From Azolla caroliniana (lineage: Eukaryota; Plantae; Polypodiophyta): 64,000 bases of DNA. The stretch is from the NCBI GenBank assembly GCA_043228905.1, contig JBHGNT010000014.1, positions 1,364,001 through 1,428,000 of the forward strand, given 5' to 3'. Both the position numbers and the translations under genes were made by a program. Under the pieces are notes generated by a model. It worked only from the letters and a program-made list of their open reading frames with translations, searched no databases and was not told where the DNA came from. This document shows positions 60,398-64,000 of the stretch, one piece after another; the first letter of the stretch is position 1; the number at the start of each line of letters is the position of its first letter.

Positions 60398-63300
60398 TGT
60401 CGTGAAGAAAACCGTCCACAAGCGGGATCGGTGCACAGGAGCGTAGGAACCGGCTCTTCTCCAATGTTGTCCATAGAAGATCCTAGGCGGGTAGATTTAG
60501 TGGGTAGGAAGTAAAGGGGAAACACCTCCTTCCTTGCCTATAAAAAGGAGGGAGACGAGAAGGAAGGGGGGATCGCGGAGAGTCGAGGACGAAGTGCTGT
60601 CGGTTTGCGTGCGAAGGCTTCTCTCTCTCTCTCTCTGGTTCGCAAACTCCATAGCTTCCTTCTGTGCAGGTTTCGGGAGGCTCGCGCTGCTCTGAGGAAT
60701 GCCCGAGAGCTTCCGGCAGCACCTCCAACCTGCTCCTGTCTTTCTGTGCGTTTACGAACAGGCATCGGCATCTGTTCGCCGGCCTGTTCGGTTGTAACCG
60801 ACTTCGTGTTTTTGTTGCTTCCGTGTTCTTGTTGTTGTCTTTGTTAATACATACATACATTCGTGTCTCTCTGTGTCGCTGTCCCACACGCGTCTTTGTG
60901 TCGAAGGGCCGTGTCCCTGTGAATCTATGTTCGCACATAGTGGGTCTCTTGTCCTTTCTCTCTTTCTCTTCGGTACAGGACCCCTGAGGTCCCGCCCCAT
61001 TCCACGCATCCGCGAGGAAAACCTCGACATCTTGGTGAACCCGACGTGAAGGAGGCGGCAGAAGAGCAGAAGATGAAGGGGTCGGATCTTGCAGAGGCCA
61101 TGGCTTCGGCCGTGGATCGGATATTGAGTGCACGCGAGGGCACCGGCGCCCTCGACAGAGCCATTGAGGCGGTCGTCAGTACGATCGGCTGGTTCAGCGG
61201 AAAGGATGCCACGAAGTATTTGGCGTCCTACGGAGCAGAAATGCTGATGCGGGACATTCCGGAAGAGAGGCGTCTTGCCGGGTTTCCTCGAGTGGCGATG
61301 CCGAGCATCCATGCGGAGGTGCTCGAGGTGCGGGCGGAGAGCCGTACCTGGGAGGAGTTCGAAGGCCGACTCCTAGAAAAATACGGGCTGGACGACGCGC
61401 TCCGGCTTTCGAAACGGGACTTCATGGAATGGGTGGAGTCCCCCGGCAAGGGAAGAAACGCGTCGACACTCCTCCGGGAGTTCGAAGAATGCTTTGCGCG
61501 CCTTTCGGCGCTTGACCGAACCATTCTGGATACGAGCCGGGTCCTATTGTTCGTCAAGTCGGTGGACGAGCGGGACAGAGATCAAGTCGGCTCCTTGCTG
61601 GAAACCGAAGACGGGCTGCGGTTAAGAGAGTCTGTGACCGTTTCGACAAACGGCGAGAATGGGCTGACAACGGGGCGGCCGGTGCGGGCTCTGTCACAGC
61701 AAGGAGGCTTGAACCGGCACCACAAGTGCGAAGGGAAGAAACTCAGGAATGGCTCGAAACGGGTCCGGCTTCGACCGGCATGGTCAATGGCTCGTCCGGA
61801 GGAGCAGCGCTGGAGGAGTTGACGCGGTGTCGAGGTATTCCTCGCGGATGCGTGGAATGAGGCGGGACCTCGAGGGTCTTGTACCAAAGAGCAAGAGAGA
61901 AAGGAGAAGATGCCCACTACGTGCGAGAGTAGATTCACAGGGACACGGCCCTTCGACACAAAGACGCGAGTGGGACAGCGACACAGGGAGACACAAACGT
62001 ATGTATTAACAAAGACAAACAACAAGAACACGAAGACAACAAAACACGAAGTCGGTTACAACCAAACAGGCCGGCGAACAGATGCCGATACCTGCTCGTA
62101 AACGCACAGAGAGGAAGGAGTAGGTTAGAGGTGCTGCCGGAAGCACTCGGGCATTCCTCAGAGCAGCGCGAGCCTCCCGAAACCTGCACAGAAGGAAGCT
62201 ATGGCGTTTGCAAACCAGAGAGAGAGAGAGAAGCCTTCGCACGCAAACCGACAGCACTTCGTCCTCGACTCTCCGCAATCCCCTCCCCCTTCTCGTCTCC
62301 CTCCCTTTTATAGGCAAGGAAGGAGTCGTTTCCCCTTTACTTCCTACCCACTAAATCTACCCGCCTAGGATCTTCTATGAACAACATTCGAGAAGAGTCG
62401 GTTCCTACGCTCCTGTGCACCGATTCCGCTTGTGGATGGTTTTCTTCACAACAGCGGGCGATAAAGGATCTCTAGATCGCCCAGACTCGAAGGGAAGGCG
62501 GCAAACCGGCTCGTGACTAACGGCCGGCAGCGGGGAACGGGTGCATGTGGTGCGACGAGGTCGGCCACATCCGGAAGGACTGCGGCAATTTCGCAGAAGC
62601 GTTGAGGAACCAGGTGGTGTACCTGTGGGAAGGCCGGGTGCACGCCGGCGACACTAGGAGGGCCCTGAACCGAAACGACGGGCGAGGAGGTATGAAGAGA
62701 CTGATGGAAGAGGCAGCGGCCCGACACGTAGAGGCCATCCACTACTCGGCGTCGGCCGGAATTCGGGTCGGGGGCAGCGAGGCCCGAACATAGGGCAAAG
62801 ACGGATTCTGGTCGGCAATGCTGGAAGGTCTCGCCGGCGCGCGGCTAAGGAAAGACGAAACGGACCGCGCTGAGAGACGGGTCCGGGAAATAACCGGGTG
62901 GAGCGATCCGGTCGAGGAGAAGACGGGCTTCGTAGAAGCCGCCTGCCGGAACTACGAGGCTCTGGTAGAAGACAAACGAGTGGGGAAAGCCGGAGCGGCC
63001 GGGCCCTCGCAACGGTACGAGACCCAATTCGGTCAACGACGGAACGATGCCGGTGGGTCCAGCTCGCAAGATAACCCCAGGAAGGGCGGATACCGACTGG
63101 GGACGGAAATAGAAAGGACTACGGACCTACGAAAGGTCCTAGAAGAACGGATCCTCGACAGCAAAGTGGAGCTGTCATTGCGAGAGGTGTTAGGGATCGC
63201 CAAGGAGTTCCACGACTCCATTGTAGACCTGGTGAAACGGAAGAGGCTGTCGACGGAGACGGAACGGGAAAAACCGGTGGAGGTGCGGACGACGCACATC

Positions 63301-64000
63301 GACGACATGGCACTGGAAGATGAGTGGGCGGAGAGCCACTATTCAAGGCCGCACTGGGCCCGAGCGACCACGGAGACCCCGGTGAAGATCGGAGATGTTC
63401 AGGAACCGGTGGTGGCATTGGTGGACCACGGTTCGGAAATAAACCTGATGTCAATGGACTTCTATAAGAAGGGAAAGTGGCCGATCAACACCAAGCACGG
63501 GTGGAAGATACGGGCGGCGACGCGCGCCACCGAGGAGCTGCACGGGGCCTGCCCGAACGTGCGAGTCAAGATCAGCGACATCGAGATTGACCAGCACTTC
63601 TTCGTACAGGAGATGTCCTCGCATCCGGTCATATTAGGGGAACCATACATCACAGCGGCACGAATGGAAACCAGAGTGCTGGACAACGGTTCGGCCTACG
63701 CGAGGGTCAAGAGCCAGGATGGGCACCATTCGGTCCAATTTTTGACGGTGCGACCGAACCACGAGCGAAACCGCGAATCCCTCGGTGGCGAGAACCGGGA
63801 GGATTTTTAGAGAGGGCTGCCAAGGCGTGGGGCCGAGACAATCCGGACACTCGGGAAAGACCCCACGACTGTACGATAGAACCAAAACCGAAGGGACCCT
63901 GTACGATAGGTAGGAAATTTTGCTTCTCCAACAATGGAGGGCGTATGCTAGTCGGCATCGTTGGCCGGGAAAAGGCATGGGCGGAAGTGCAACTTTGATC
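60398..64000 (+). mobile_element. Ty3/gypsy element (tRNA-Trp primed): 5' LTR 60398-61029, gag, zinc knuckle, protease; runs off the window
   Basis: TGTCGTG...CTCGACA. PBS TGGTGAACCCGACGTGAA at 61033-61050 is the complement of the plant tRNA-Trp 3' end. CMWCDEVGHIRKDC; LVDHGSEIN...VILGEPY protease. Confidence 0.9.
61828..62453 (-). mobile_element. Inverted solo LTR of the same family inserted in its gag
   Basis: Reverse complement of 60398-61029. Perfect 4-bp TSD GCGG; gag ELTR|AIKDL rejoins on removal. Confidence 0.92.

Overview
This is eukaryotic, TE-saturated plant DNA; the TE lineages suggest a non-seed land plant such as a fern, which is an inference. It holds two apparently intact 6-exon paralogs of a peroxisomal 4-coumarate:CoA ligase-like acyl-CoA ligase (C-terminal PTS1 -SRL), arranged head-to-head as an inverted duplication at 13850-11154 (-) and 42916-45304 (+). 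There is also an orphan two-exon L-aspartate oxidase fragment. The rest is nested Ty1/copia and Ty3/gypsy elements, solo LTRs, LINE remnants and hAT elements. The top finding is two oppositely oriented, decayed copies of a TIR DNA transposon (17897-26588 and 48715-52593). Each carries remnants of a DUF7869/Sola1-like DDD transposase and, divergently, an intron-containing beta-class amino-methyltransferase (N6-adenine/N4-cytosine type): motif IV survives in one copy, motif I in the other, and both share the C-terminus. Arrays of perfect palindromes lie between the two genes. Also notable: a tRNA-Trp-primed gypsy lineage with 4-bp CpG-centred target duplications, tRNA-derived segments inside LTRs, a G_GAU_UUU frameshift site after the protease, and a copia LTR 72 bp upstream of the second ligase paralog.
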